A DNA stretch of 64,000 bases from a virus, in the IMG/VR virus record IMGVR_UViG_3300025655_000022, positions 1 to 64,000 of that record. One strand, 5' to 3'. A program made the position numbers and the translations under genes. Below, piece by piece: positions 47,601 through 55,751 of this stretch. A model generated the notes under the pieces. It was not told the DNA's origin, ran no database searches, and saw only the letters and a program-made list of their open reading frames with translations. Numbering within the stretch: position 1 is the first letter of the stretch; each line of letters opens with the position of its first letter.

Positions 47601-50600
47601 TATAACTGTGCTTTGGCGTTGTATTATTGTAAACATCAATGGTTCTGACATCCAATCGGTATCGTCCAGCGTAAGCATATTGACCTAATGTGGTGCCATA
47701 TGTGTATGAATCTCTGTCTATGCCCAGTGCAAAATATTCAGCTGGTTTTGTTAGAGCAAACAATTTTTGCACAGCAAACGGCCAAGAGCTTGAACGTCTC
47801 CATGCATTTTCTGCCGGACCAACGTCTCCGGCAATCCAGCTTTTCTTAAAATCACTCTGGTTATAACTTGCAACTATAAATTCAAATGGATTTTTTAGTT
47901 GGCCTTCGCTATCTACAGGAATGATAGATGATAAACCAGTACGAGCATATCTGCTATCATATGTATCAGTACCTCTGATATATCCGGCTTCTAGATCATC
48001 CCATAAAATTTGGTTTCCTGAAGTATATGGTGCTGGACCATATTCTGTTTCCCACCATGATGGTTGTTCACTAAATCCAAGCATTTCCCAGGGATTGGTG
48101 TGTGGGCGATCAGTGTCATAATAATTTTTATATATTCCTCTCCAGTTTCCTTTGAGCGGAGTATTGTCCAGTGCAGATCCGGCCCGGCCATAATTCCAGG
48201 TCCATTCATTAGCAGAAGAATAATTCTGAGTCTTGTAATCAATTTTATGCCAACCTACCCAGTTCAATAACTCTGCGGAAAGAATTTCAGTAATTTCTGC
48301 ATCAGTATAGTCTGTGTTTCTGAACTTTCCAGGCAATACATCACTTAGTACGATTGGAATATCTGGATTGACTTTTATGTTATTGTATATTCTTTTTTCA
48401 AATTCTAAAAGTACATAATCTCGTACGTCATTAAACCCGATGTATATACTACCATCGTGTCCCTGGATTACAGTCTGATCCTCGACATAGGTGTTATCAA
48501 CATATATCTTAGGTTCATATTTTGGATATAAGCCCATTTTGGTTGGAGTTTCAGGAATAAAATTACCCAATGTAGACGAATATTCTCTGACTTTTAAAAG
48601 ATCTCCAGTTTGTGTTTGTGTTAAAATAGTAATTCTGGGACCATCAGTCTCCACAGAATAATCATAATCTTTGAGTAATAATGTGTCGTTCAGATAAACC
48701 AGTAGTCCCTGCTGGTTGGCTGATGTAAAATCATATACATTGTTTGTATTAAACGTTCCGGTCGTTATCGGTGTAATCTGATGAATGGTCTCAACATAGT
48801 TACTACCTGTAGGAATCATGTCGCTCCAGAAGAATGTGGAATCATTGGATTTACCAGAATTAATTTCAGTCAGTGCGGCATCGAGAATTTCACCATGAGT
48901 CATACCATAGGTGTCATTGTTATTAACCCAATCCAGTATCAAGTATTTGATTTTTTCGTATTGTGTGCCAACGTACTGTAATGCACCAAAGAGATCGTAC
49001 TTTTCTTTGCGCAGGAAAAATGCCGCGGGCGTTACTGGGGCCGAGTGTTGGACAATGATATCTCCATAATGACTAATGTCTCCCAGATCACGCAAGTTAT
49101 TGGCACCATTAATAATACCATCAAATGCAATAATATTTTCGGCCAAACGATTGAAATGGTTTCTGACTGTTCCCAGAGTTATTGTGTTAGCATTTTCATT
49201 GAACGGATTGCTTTCCAGGCTATTGGGAATTTCGTAATATCCAATACCACTGGCCTCGTCGCTAATAATTTTAACCTGCACCATTGTGCCTGCAGATACT
49301 GTATTTGGTTTAAATGTAACTGTGGCTGGTGAATTAACTGTGACTATGTAATTGTCTGGGTCAATGAACTGGTTGTTTGCATATACTTTTATTCCAGGCA
49401 CTGTGATATCAGTTCTGGGTGCAATATCCAGCAACAATGGTTTACCCTGATACTCGAATGTGAATACCTGGCGTTGCCAGTTACGGTCAACACTAGTTGT
49501 CCAACCAATTTTGTTTTCGTATTCTGTTCTGGATGAATATTTTCTTACAAATCCATCACTGACTTGTTTTTGAGTTCGTGTACTATTATTTGCATACACG
49601 AACGTGTCCGAATATTGATTGTTTTCAAATACAATATCACCCAGATTGTCGATGTTTAGATATGTTAGAGGAAAACCTAATACAGGATCATTTCTGCCTG
49701 ATCCTTGCTTATAAGAAAATAATTTACTTCCGGTGAATGTGTTACTTGGGTAGGCTGCCATATCTCCAAAACTATACCCATTGCTATCAAAAACATCAAA
49801 CAATGGAGCCTGGTTGGTCTGTGTCTTTTGTTGTGCTTCAATCCACGCAGTCCCGGTATACCTGAACATCTTCCCTTGTAAAGTATTACCGCTCAGACAT
49901 AGCACAGTGTCGTCTGTAACAACTTGTGTATCGTCGGCCGGAACCAGGTTTATGATATTCCCATATTCTGTACTGAGATCATCAGGATCAACAATTTGTA
50001 CAGTGTAGATTCGATTGCGCACAGATGCATTACTGTCGGCGGCAAAAATTATTCTGGTACCATTGATTAATTGATATCCATCAACAAAATATCCAGTACT
50101 TCCGTTAACGTTTGATAATGCATCTACCTGTGTTAAATCAATTATGTCCACAGGTTGTTTTGCTTGTGTGCCATGATTAAACAATCTTAATCCAGCATTA
50201 AATTCAATAATGGGGCGTTTGGCTTGCAGATCGCTATCAAAATTTGCGACACTGTTGTTGTATTCTGCGGTGGCTAGAATTACATCTCGATGGAACCAAC
50301 GATTGTAGCGACTCCAGGCATTTGAGTCTGCTGAGTTTCTTTTGATTGTCAGATAATCAGGATCTAAAGGAGAATTAAAACTGCCATCAAATCCCAGCGT
50401 ATCGAATGGTGATAAATCAAACAACTCTGAATCTGTGTTAACAAATGTTTCCGGGGTAACCAACTCTGAAACTGGAATCAATTCAATGCTGTGACCTACA
50501 CCTTCTACAATGTATTCATTGTTTTGATAAAAACTGGGCTCAGTTACACTTGCAAATCTTATTTTTAATCCGTTGGTAAACACTACTCCATTTGGACTGG

Positions 50601-51912
50601 TATAGGTTTGTTTTCCAAGAATATCATCGACATTGATGACTGCATCAGATTCTGGATCTACCAGTTGAATAACACCGAAACGCAGAGGATTCACACCATC
50701 CTGATAGTATAAAATGTTATCAAGGGCAGTTAGTTGAGGAATTTTTTCAAAGAATCCAGATGCGTTTTTATAATACTGAACGTTGCTGTATTCTGCACCA
50801 CTGCCAATCTTAAACTTATCATTAATATTAATATCACTAATTTTGACCAGTTTTATAAATGTACTGCCGTTTAGTTCTACATAAGTGATTCTGTATAATC
50901 CATACCTCTCATCTTGATCGGTAATGTATCTGGTGGGTTCAAATACAATTTCAGGATATGGAGCACCCTGATCAAATCTGGACGAATCATATGGAGTATA
51001 ATCAACCCAACCCAGATCTTCGGGATCACCTGCCTGCGTATTCAAAAATACCAGCGTCTTGCCTTCAAGATCAGTAATACCATCAATGTTATCTACCAAA
51101 GAAACCAATCTGTTGTGAATGCTATCAAATCTGTCCATGGTAGCCAGATCTATTGTGCCAATATTATTAAGACCATAATAAAAATTTTGATCGGTTGATT
51201 TTGGAACATTAAACGTAACTGTGCCTACATCATCACCGTTATTGACTACGCCTAGTACATCACGGCTACTTAAATTAGGCGAAAAGTTAAGTGTGCCATC
51301 TGTGCCTGATTCTGATTGAATCCAGAATGGATTTCCTGGTTGATTAACATTAAATGTGTATGACCCACCTCTGACCAATGTAATAGTTGGGTTATCACCA
51401 ACCAATCCACTTATACCATAATAACTTTCCTCAGTAGCAGATACATCAAAATCATCAATCAATGCAGCACTTCCAACATTCACATCAACTGCATCTGGGC
51501 CGGTAGGAATCCAATAATACTGGCTGTAATTGATGAATTTATCAAAATCAATATTTGGATCCCAGCTATACGTCTGACTGGCAAACAATCTGTCTGCACG
51601 AGATGTGTTTGCTCCTTTAACATCAAGAGCATCTAGCATGCCAACATATGTCATTGCATCTGTGACATTTCCATCATTGTCTTTGAATGCGACAGCTGGT
51701 TCAAATTGATAATTTGCACGCTGTAATGATGGTTCTAGAACATAACCATCGTTAAAGTTAGTACCAGGCCCGAATCTACGGCCAACGTAACCTTGTGTAC
51801 GTTTTAGCTTTGGTTGTTGAATTAGCTGATCAAGGGTAGCACCAAGAAATTCCCGATTTGCATCGGTTTTGAAAATTTCAGGCAAAAAGTCAACTGATCT
51901 GATGCGTGCCAT
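38671..51912 (-). CDS. giant 4413-aa baseplate wedge/adhesin-like protein (positional gp7-like)
   Basis: Directly downstream of gp6. ITNAGSGY..P repeats typical of T4-like baseplate proteins, seven FG-GAP-like blades, DG-x-T-x2-F repeats, CBM5/12-like motifs. Confidence 0.75.
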   Translation of the reverse strand: MARIRSVDFLPEIFKTDANREFLGATLDQLIQQPKLKRTQGYVGRRFGPGTNFNDGYVLEPSLQRANYQFEPAVAFKDNDGNVTDAMTYVGMLDALDVKGANTSRADRLFASQTYSWDPNIDFDKFINYSQYYWIPTGPDAVDVNVGSAALIDDFDVSATEESYYGISGLVGDNPTITLVRGGSYTFNVNQPGNPFWIQSESGTDGTLNFSPNLSSRDVLGVVNNGDDVGTVTFNVPKSTDQNFYYGLNNIGTIDLATMDRFDSIHNRLVSLVDNIDGITDLEGKTLVFLNTQAGDPEDLGWVDYTPYDSSRFDQGAPYPEIVFEPTRYITDQDERYGLYRITYVELNGSTFIKLVKISDININDKFKIGSGAEYSNVQYYKNASGFFEKIPQLTALDNILYYQDGVNPLRFGVIQLVDPESDAVINVDDILGKQTYTSPNGVVFTNGLKIRFASVTEPSFYQNNEYIVEGVGHSIELIPVSELVTPETFVNTDSELFDLSPFDTLGFDGSFNSPLDPDYLTIKRNSADSNAWSRYNRWFHRDVILATAEYNNSVANFDSDLQAKRPIIEFNAGLRLFNHGTQAKQPVDIIDLTQVDALSNVNGSTGYFVDGYQLINGTRIIFAADSNASVRNRIYTVQIVDPDDLSTEYGNIINLVPADDTQVVTDDTVLCLSGNTLQGKMFRYTGTAWIEAQQKTQTNQAPLFDVFDSNGYSFGDMAAYPSNTFTGSKLFSYKQGSGRNDPVLGFPLTYLNIDNLGDIVFENNQYSDTFVYANNSTRTQKQVSDGFVRKYSSRTEYENKIGWTTSVDRNWQRQVFTFEYQGKPLLLDIAPRTDITVPGIKVYANNQFIDPDNYIVTVNSPATVTFKPNTVSAGTMVQVKIISDEASGIGYYEIPNSLESNPFNENANTITLGTVRNHFNRLAENIIAFDGIINGANNLRDLGDISHYGDIIVQHSAPVTPAAFFLRKEKYDLFGALQYVGTQYEKIKYLILDWVNNNDTYGMTHGEILDAALTEINSGKSNDSTFFWSDMIPTGSNYVETIHQITPITTGTFNTNNVYDFTSANQQGLLVYLNDTLLLKDYDYSVETDGPRITILTQTQTGDLLKVREYSSTLGNFIPETPTKMGLYPKYEPKIYVDNTYVEDQTVIQGHDGSIYIGFNDVRDYVLLEFEKRIYNNIKVNPDIPIVLSDVLPGKFRNTDYTDAEITEILSAELLNWVGWHKIDYKTQNYSSANEWTWNYGRAGSALDNTPLKGNWRGIYKNYYDTDRPHTNPWEMLGFSEQPSWWETEYGPAPYTSGNQILWDDLEAGYIRGTDTYDSRYARTGLSSIIPVDSEGQLKNPFEFIVASYNQSDFKKSWIAGDVGPAENAWRRSSSWPFAVQKLFALTKPAEYFALGIDRDSYTYGTTLGQYAYAGRYRLDVRTIDVYNNTTPKHSYIDWIAEYNRSTGIPDTDGLKTEISELDVRLAYRMGAFTDKKYLKIFTDKSSPDSSNTSLLIPDESYDLLLYKNQSFADIQFSSVMIQRTENGYAVYGNSQTEAYFRILESSTSGDFETITVGTTRIRIPTKFTSRVVRVPYGYTFASINSVVDFLVSYGAFLEAAGMTFDDVENNIILTWTQMAQEFVYWADQNWVAGSLININPSASVLKHQRPLSVVDNLNNLAINERPLDQNRQPLKSDDFSVVRLDNQFKLVMLADKSLSYLRLRSTSYEHLLIMDNVSIFNDLIYQPVTGLRQQRIKIDGFTTFEWNGQLDAQGFIINQDNVSDWNANVNYNKGDIVKYKNSYWSAFEKLQPTETFEYDDWIKVDYDLINKGMLPNISNKADQMTKYYNNTTANLESDVDLLAFGITGFRPRDYLESLNISDLSQINIYGDLVNHKGTPSSVKLFQGVTFDKDLAEYNIYENWAIKRATYGANDNKRFVEFSLDEQLIKTNPSIIEVNTLGVDTVADQLVQIDNIYKQSNKNTTTNIFPELTEVITDVSFPSAGYVNSDDIDVSIFNLDDLTSLTEQLDKVRDGAYVWVVKSNKYNWDVYRCSLLRSQSMFVYPDEPTTIDYRVREDNPKLVSVIDNLNGTLTLEFDLTVDLHRDELIIIKYFDDTVNGAHQILTIEDTKSVTVAGSLAGSTSVATGNGIVFKLTTARVDQASDIANTEYNSNLIQGDKVWVDADINGKWKVYEKKVPFSLEQNTTAPGATDSYNFGISLAQALDGYGAIIGATNYTDRQNASGGVYCYNKDANTYVFDSVLTLDSNKAQGYGNAVAISKNWGVAGASLSISGQGLATVIYRNPSQDIFQNWQYLTLPVSDQGDQSQEFGAAVAISEDENWIYVSATGIESVYAYEKIVYQNQTATFIADGQTTQYDLSTDLKINAAEQLTVSFNDVVQSSTGYYLSGTTLIFYGAPASGTQISVTRKNTTTPSGDGSTLTFDITELYTATTIDSFSVDINGVLLRPYYDYTFNDSTKEITFTVAPSSGTIISIRAQDYFRYVGKISRSSNEDFGRSVKTTSDGQQVIIGAPDATNIVDGEIQSFAGKTYVYERIVERFVVTNKNTLRYPTRRSIDAVNAVRINRVKQINSINNVDSNYSIDIGSNSITVDASTVLNTGDLIDIDVNQFQLVQTLTAEKSNQSAYFGSALGVCRTDCSVYVSSPKDNTLLPEAGSVARFVSRTRVFGYIDSTVVNPSVTVGETIRIDNIDVQFTGTSLNQIVSDINSAVIPNVQASIVDNKLRISNININESPLLSKMTVMPGQGTAFETLGLQPYELTQTIVSPRPEEYSEFGSSIHVDYSATNLVVGAKKSSAFIPIVFDSSNTTFDSNTTNLSDVVPDSGAVFTFDLLPSSNYNVPGKFVFGQQIFSPDVKELDGFGTAVDFTDNLLLVTSPGYDTALTNIGRLTIFASSTGSAAWQPIQEQPTKVDHRLIDAVYIYDANTQAVKAYLDFIDPVNGKILGAAQQNIDIIGAVDPASYSVNNNGTYWAASQTGTIWWDTTNARFVNYNQQDLVYSSKNWGTLADGSSVDVYEWIESSVPPAQYTGTGTVKDINQYTVISGLDQTRTITTRYYFWVKDYTTVNRKLGKTLSATAIASYIQNPQSSGIPYAAMMRKNVVALYNVNEYVDESNSILHIEYNQNFNENKVFVEYDLIREQRPKDFLSDSIYRKLQDSFCGTDTLGNKVPDIGLSPDDRYGVEFRPRRSLFVDRLAALKIYITNANLLLAQQPYAELTAFNILSSKDPIPSSSSGAYDDRVADLSELSYQNLQLVGSGYRILVESDSSNNGLWTIYQVQADLSLMLIRVQNYNTTKYWDYTDWYADGYNSLSKPSRIVSTYSELLALTVPDDTLVKVNVNSTGNWELYNYNSTSGWTRVGTQRGTIRLSDALWDYANTGFYGFDVEIFDAQYFDQEPVIETRQIIKAINEELFVGNSIAQRNQLLVMMFNYILSEQGSIDWLFKTSLIDVEHKVRNLEKYNVYRKDNQTFVQNYIEEAKPYHVKIKDFLLKYEGIDLYDGSATDFDNPAAYDSVYEKYVSPILDDGFAALETDPSNRLSTDSVWDTIPWSDWYDNHLLAVDEIVITNAGSGYTVPPTVNIIGDATQPAQAVALINSVGQVTEIQISTAGYGYRTTPIIEITGGNGTGARTTVYMKNDLVRNIKTTIKYDRYEYQSQIVDWTPDTVYNEDQLVRYNDRVYRVSLADGSSIQESTFDPENYELVNASTLSGVDRTTGFYVADVNNPGLDLALLIDGIDYPGVQVQSTNFSDNTGYDIGNFDITPFDNIDYGPEGLPTYSDAILDTEYSSLFTDIYIGTRAEDINVDGGAFIDEYSSHAPEELVPGAIFDTLDMTVRTRPGHDYTGNGHASQIKGISYVYDGGDTFSFAGIVEHPVELVVFNGTTGDRLYNNRNYTINWVNRTITVTSGVSSGQVVKIYVYEIGGGHQIFRKNYIGDKIGNRITVPVDVNDIDQALILINGIETTAYSYSETVVGETEFIFSTTYTGNDFIVVTLFGEQILESDSSLIDYGYSYPETEIFVSDGTTSSFIISGNIESSARDNIIVELNGRRLRPSEGIRHIGDGTTVEFYFPDGIRTGTDQTLIADSEVVVYINNQKKTLGSDYAVSLNDESSERYVIMSVTPDAGDTVDVYVTGSADYTVNNINNELKIVSSGIVLSAGDVIAVTTFRDIRQQDALTVVYQGPKVIELPVSEGMDVFGFDSVPFDYTIGVDSTVNIFELYRTIENADRIWVTLNGRRLTAGEDFVLSNDGTAILLSGGAISSIDVVAITTFTNSVVPDELSFRIFNDMRGNAAVYRIIRDNTTELVQDLEPWHDTVYVDDASKLGEPNLPAGIFGVVNINGERITYRTRDTINNTISGLRRGTAGTATQRHAASSSVQDQSRGSVLRHPYNLIWYITNGIALQKQQTTPARFFRGE

Positions 51913-51915
51913 TTA

Positions 51916-54900
51916 TTAAATTACTCCACTGTTACTGGTCAATCTTAACTGACTGGATGTCAGTGAATTAACCACTTGAACGTCATTTACGGTTGCTGCA
52001 CTAACAAAAATTTCATTAGCCGCAGATTTGATTTCATATAAATTACCAAATTCTTTTGAGGTATCTTTTGGCAACAATATCACAGAGCCCAAGATTCCAC
52101 CCAATTGTTCATGAATATATGCCGATAGTTCGGAAAAATAGAATGTTTCACCAAAGTCCCAGTTATCAATATTAAAGTATTGGTTAATTGTTTCGATAAC
52201 ACGACTTTTAATTTCGCTTGTGCTGACCACACTGTTTTCAAGTTTAACTACCTTGATAGTGGCTTGCAATGCGGTGTTTGCTTTGTCACCAAACAACGGT
52301 TTAAATTTAACACTATTGAACACCATGTTATCACTTACCATTTTGTAATCATTCAAGGATTCATATGATGTTGTTAATTCATCAATGGTGGGTACGTCTG
52401 GTTCAAGAACTGTTCCAGTGGTATCCTGAATATATCTTTGATAGTTAGCATAGTACTCTGAAGTAACCAAATATACATCAATAATATTGGTCGACCCTGG
52501 GTTAATTCTTCTGGAATCTGGACTGTTGTGTCTGTATTGATAAATTAATCCCCCGCGACCAGTGCGAACAATATAATCAGTGACTTGCGTTACTGTTCTG
52601 ACATTAGCAGCAGTTACTGACAACTCAAAAAATTGCTGCTCAGTGGTGGCATAAAATACCTGTCCATCACTATATTCATATTTGGCAAGATTGATTGCAT
52701 CTTGTGTCGGGTATACAGATACTACTGTTCCTTCTGCCAGCGGAACATACCGTTCCAGGTTATCAAAATCTATGGTTCTTTGGAAAAATGTTAGTTTTTG
52801 TGTCGGACTGACATCCGATGCCACAATCAAATCAAAAAAGTCTGGGTCATCTGGAACATTATCATTATCAGTATCTGACCAGCTGACTTCAACATTAAAG
52901 TCGTTTACAAATCCATCAGTTTCTACAGTTTGTCCTACGATGTCCAGAACTATATCACCAGCAAGTGGGATGTGCGTATCTGGCTGGTTGTTGGTTCTGA
53001 GTATTTTAATATAGTCATTGATTAGTTTACCAGTCTTTGGATCAAAAATCAGTTGATTGTCATCATAAAAAAATCTGGTTTGAACAATACTTGAGAAGAA
53101 GTATTTTAGCCCTCTGAATGTAACAGTATATGATGTGCCATCACTCGTAAACTTTGCTAGCCAACTAGAATCTAATCCTGTGCCGGACGTATCTTGTGCA
53201 TATGTTTGTGCATACGAACCATTTTGGTTTAGATTGGATGATGTTATCAGATACCAGCTGTTGGTTGCATTATCGAATCCTATGCCAAAACTTCTGTACA
53301 ATTCAATCTGAGCAATCATGGATTGCTCTAAACTTGTTGGTAAATCTGATGTAAAATCAGGTATCACAACAGATGCAATTGCGCCAGTTGGCACATAATT
53401 GTTTAATGTTACTGGACCCACACCGTTGCTATCATTCCCATTGCCGGCATTTGTGCCATCATTCAGTAGCTCTCGTATGCTTGCCCAGATATAAGTCTTA
53501 TCACCAGGTTGACTGGCAGATCCAGTTTGTAATCTGTTGTTCTTATCAAAATATTGACCAGTGGGTGGTACAAATTTTATTAAACAGCGGGGGGTTAAAT
53601 ATTGTTTTGCTCCATCAAGAGCGGCACCAATTGCAATCGGAGAACCAATGTTGTTCTTAAAATATCCAGTGGTTTCATTCACAAGACTGGTACTGAATTG
53701 CCAGAACAAACCAGCTGATGTTAGGCTAAATCGATCAAAATTATCATAGTAAAACTGAAGCATACTTCTGGAAGCTAACTGTGGTTCAACATCGTTTCGA
53801 ATAACATTTTCAATGTCATTGACATCCACAAAAGTAAATCCAATCGTGTCAGATGTTTGATCGCGATGGATCATCCCGTCGTCACCGAACGTATTGATAC
53901 TGGAATATTTTCCAGTTGGATCAATCAAATCCAGATATCTGCTGGCACCGATGTTTGATCTGTTGACTGCCTTGCTCTTGATGATTGTGTTAAACTGAGC
54001 ATAGGGAAAATTATTATAATCTTCGCCATTGACCATTCTGTTTTGCGTATAAAATCTGGCTGGTGCTCTGCGTTTGATATCAAGTAGTGCTTCTCTTGAT
54101 CGACTGTTTGAAATATTTTCCTGTAATCCCAGCGTGAATGTTGCTGTTTCTAATCTGCCTTTGCGACTGACGTAAGTTAAGCCAACACTTACACTCTGAA
54201 TTTCGTTGGGATTAATTACATATTCCAAACCATTACTACTGCGTACATAACTTCTGAATGTACCAACTGGTACCTCACTGAACACGCCATCACCAAAATT
54301 TAGTGTGATCTGATCTGAGTTTCTGGAATCCACACTGAAAAACTTTCTGCCATTAGCACTATTTTGGTTTTGATTTGTGTAGATATTATCTACTTGTGTC
54401 CAGGTTTCTGTTATGTCACCACTGGACGGGTTTATTTTGTATAACCAAATGTCATTATTATTAACACCATTGATATTGATATCAACTGTTCTGTTATCAA
54501 TTTTTTCAGGTAAATTGAATTCTCTTGTCTGCAATGTGCCTTGCTTGAAATAGAAAAAATATCCAGTATTTGAACTACCAAATCCAAGACCATCATTACG
54601 ATAAAGAATGTTTAAGTCGCCACCTGGTTGTGGTTGTGGTTCATAGATATAAGTTTTATCCACACTTGATCCACTGACAACCTCAAACGGCATGCTAACT
54701 CCATCCACAGTTGTTGTAAACGGAATAACTGGCAAAAATCCTGGTGCTAGGTTAATTGTGTATTCACTGGTAGCAATACCTAAAATATCCTGTGTATTTC
54801 CTGGTTTACCAACACTCTGACTATTCACCATAATAGCATTCAAAATCGTTCTGAACTGTTCTTGCCAATCGTTGTTAGTTCGGTCGTTCCATTTGACTGT

Positions 54901-55320
54901 TACGTTTGCTAGATTATTTCGATTATAGTCTAAAATGTTTTCAGTCGTGCTAATTGCGGTTACTTTTAGATATCCTCTGGCTGCTTGATTACGTTTTGGT
55001 GTATAACCAACCAATTTAGCTAGGTTAACTACACTATCGCGGCGCTCTGCTGTGTCTAAAAAGTTTTCACGACTGTTTAAATCTACACGGAACGAAAGGC
55101 TTTGTCCCATGAACGCCATGAGATCAAGCATTGCCACAAATTCACTTGACTCAACAAAATCATTGAAGTTTTCTGGGTAATACTGGCGTAGATAATCTAC
55201 AAAAGTTTTTCTCAGTGTTTCGAAATTATAACTTTGAAAATCAGCTTCTCTATAATTTTGATAGATTCGTTTCCAATCTTCAATACCAAAAATTGTTGTT
55301 TGCCGTGAAGTTGTTGCCAT
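51916..55320 (-). CDS. gp6: baseplate wedge subunit (T4 gp6-like)
   Basis: NFETLR, NDFVESSE, NSRENFLDTAERRDSVVNLAKLVGYTP, FGDGVF..VP, QNRMVNGEDY, FGETFYFSEL. Confidence 0.88.
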   Translation of the reverse strand: MATTSRQTTIFGIEDWKRIYQNYREADFQSYNFETLRKTFVDYLRQYYPENFNDFVESSEFVAMLDLMAFMGQSLSFRVDLNSRENFLDTAERRDSVVNLAKLVGYTPKRNQAARGYLKVTAISTTENILDYNRNNLANVTVKWNDRTNNDWQEQFRTILNAIMVNSQSVGKPGNTQDILGIATSEYTINLAPGFLPVIPFTTTVDGVSMPFEVVSGSSVDKTYIYEPQPQPGGDLNILYRNDGLGFGSSNTGYFFYFKQGTLQTREFNLPEKIDNRTVDININGVNNNDIWLYKINPSSGDITETWTQVDNIYTNQNQNSANGRKFFSVDSRNSDQITLNFGDGVFSEVPVGTFRSYVRSSNGLEYVINPNEIQSVSVGLTYVSRKGRLETATFTLGLQENISNSRSREALLDIKRRAPARFYTQNRMVNGEDYNNFPYAQFNTIIKSKAVNRSNIGASRYLDLIDPTGKYSSINTFGDDGMIHRDQTSDTIGFTFVDVNDIENVIRNDVEPQLASRSMLQFYYDNFDRFSLTSAGLFWQFSTSLVNETTGYFKNNIGSPIAIGAALDGAKQYLTPRCLIKFVPPTGQYFDKNNRLQTGSASQPGDKTYIWASIRELLNDGTNAGNGNDSNGVGPVTLNNYVPTGAIASVVIPDFTSDLPTSLEQSMIAQIELYRSFGIGFDNATNSWYLITSSNLNQNGSYAQTYAQDTSGTGLDSSWLAKFTSDGTSYTVTFRGLKYFFSSIVQTRFFYDDNQLIFDPKTGKLINDYIKILRTNNQPDTHIPLAGDIVLDIVGQTVETDGFVNDFNVEVSWSDTDNDNVPDDPDFFDLIVASDVSPTQKLTFFQRTIDFDNLERYVPLAEGTVVSVYPTQDAINLAKYEYSDGQVFYATTEQQFFELSVTAANVRTVTQVTDYIVRTGRGGLIYQYRHNSPDSRRINPGSTNIIDVYLVTSEYYANYQRYIQDTTGTVLEPDVPTIDELTTSYESLNDYKMVSDNMVFNSVKFKPLFGDKANTALQATIKVVKLENSVVSTSEIKSRVIETINQYFNIDNWDFGETFYFSELSAYIHEQLGGILGSVILLPKDTSKEFGNLYEIKSAANEIFVSAATVNDVQVVNSLTSSQLRLTSNSGVI

Positions 55321-55376
55321 ATTATAAACTCTTGCTATTTAATAGCATTATTTATGGCATTAATAATGTGCGCAGT

Positions 55377-55751
55377 TTATACAACCTGCACTGTATTATC
55401 GTCTTGATCAAACATGAAATTGATAGTTTCTGGTGAAACGTTTGGGTTAATAATTATCACCAGTTCAAGATTTACTGTGTTATTTAGAGAAGATACAACA
55501 ACATCAACTACTTCTACTCTGGGATCATAGGTCGTTATGCGTTGAATTTCAGCAGTTATTTGCCGTATTACTTCCGGTGTGTTGGCTTCAAATATAAAAT
55601 TCCAGATTCTGGTACCAACATCAGGTTTACCAGGCAATTCACCTTCTCTGATAGACAGAATGTTTAACAAATCTCGTATTACCAGATCTCTGTCAGTAAC
55701 TGTGAACTTTTTATATCGATTAACGGTGCTAAAGCCTTTGAATCTTGCCAT
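55377..55751 (-). CDS. gp25: baseplate wedge subunit / sheath initiator (gp25/GPW family)
   Basis: FKGFST, LVIRDLLNIL..REGE..P..GTRIWNFIFE, YDPRV. Confidence 0.88.
   Translation of the reverse strand: MARFKGFSTVNRYKKFTVTDRDLVIRDLLNILSIREGELPGKPDVGTRIWNFIFEANTPEVIRQITAEIQRITTYDPRVEVVDVVVSSLNNTVNLELVIIINPNVSPETINFMFDQDDNTVQVV

Noticed and set aside
38671-51912. Intein or intron explaining the giant ORF
   Set aside because: I saw no Hint-domain splice motifs or LAGLIDADG blocks; repeated structural domains account for the size.
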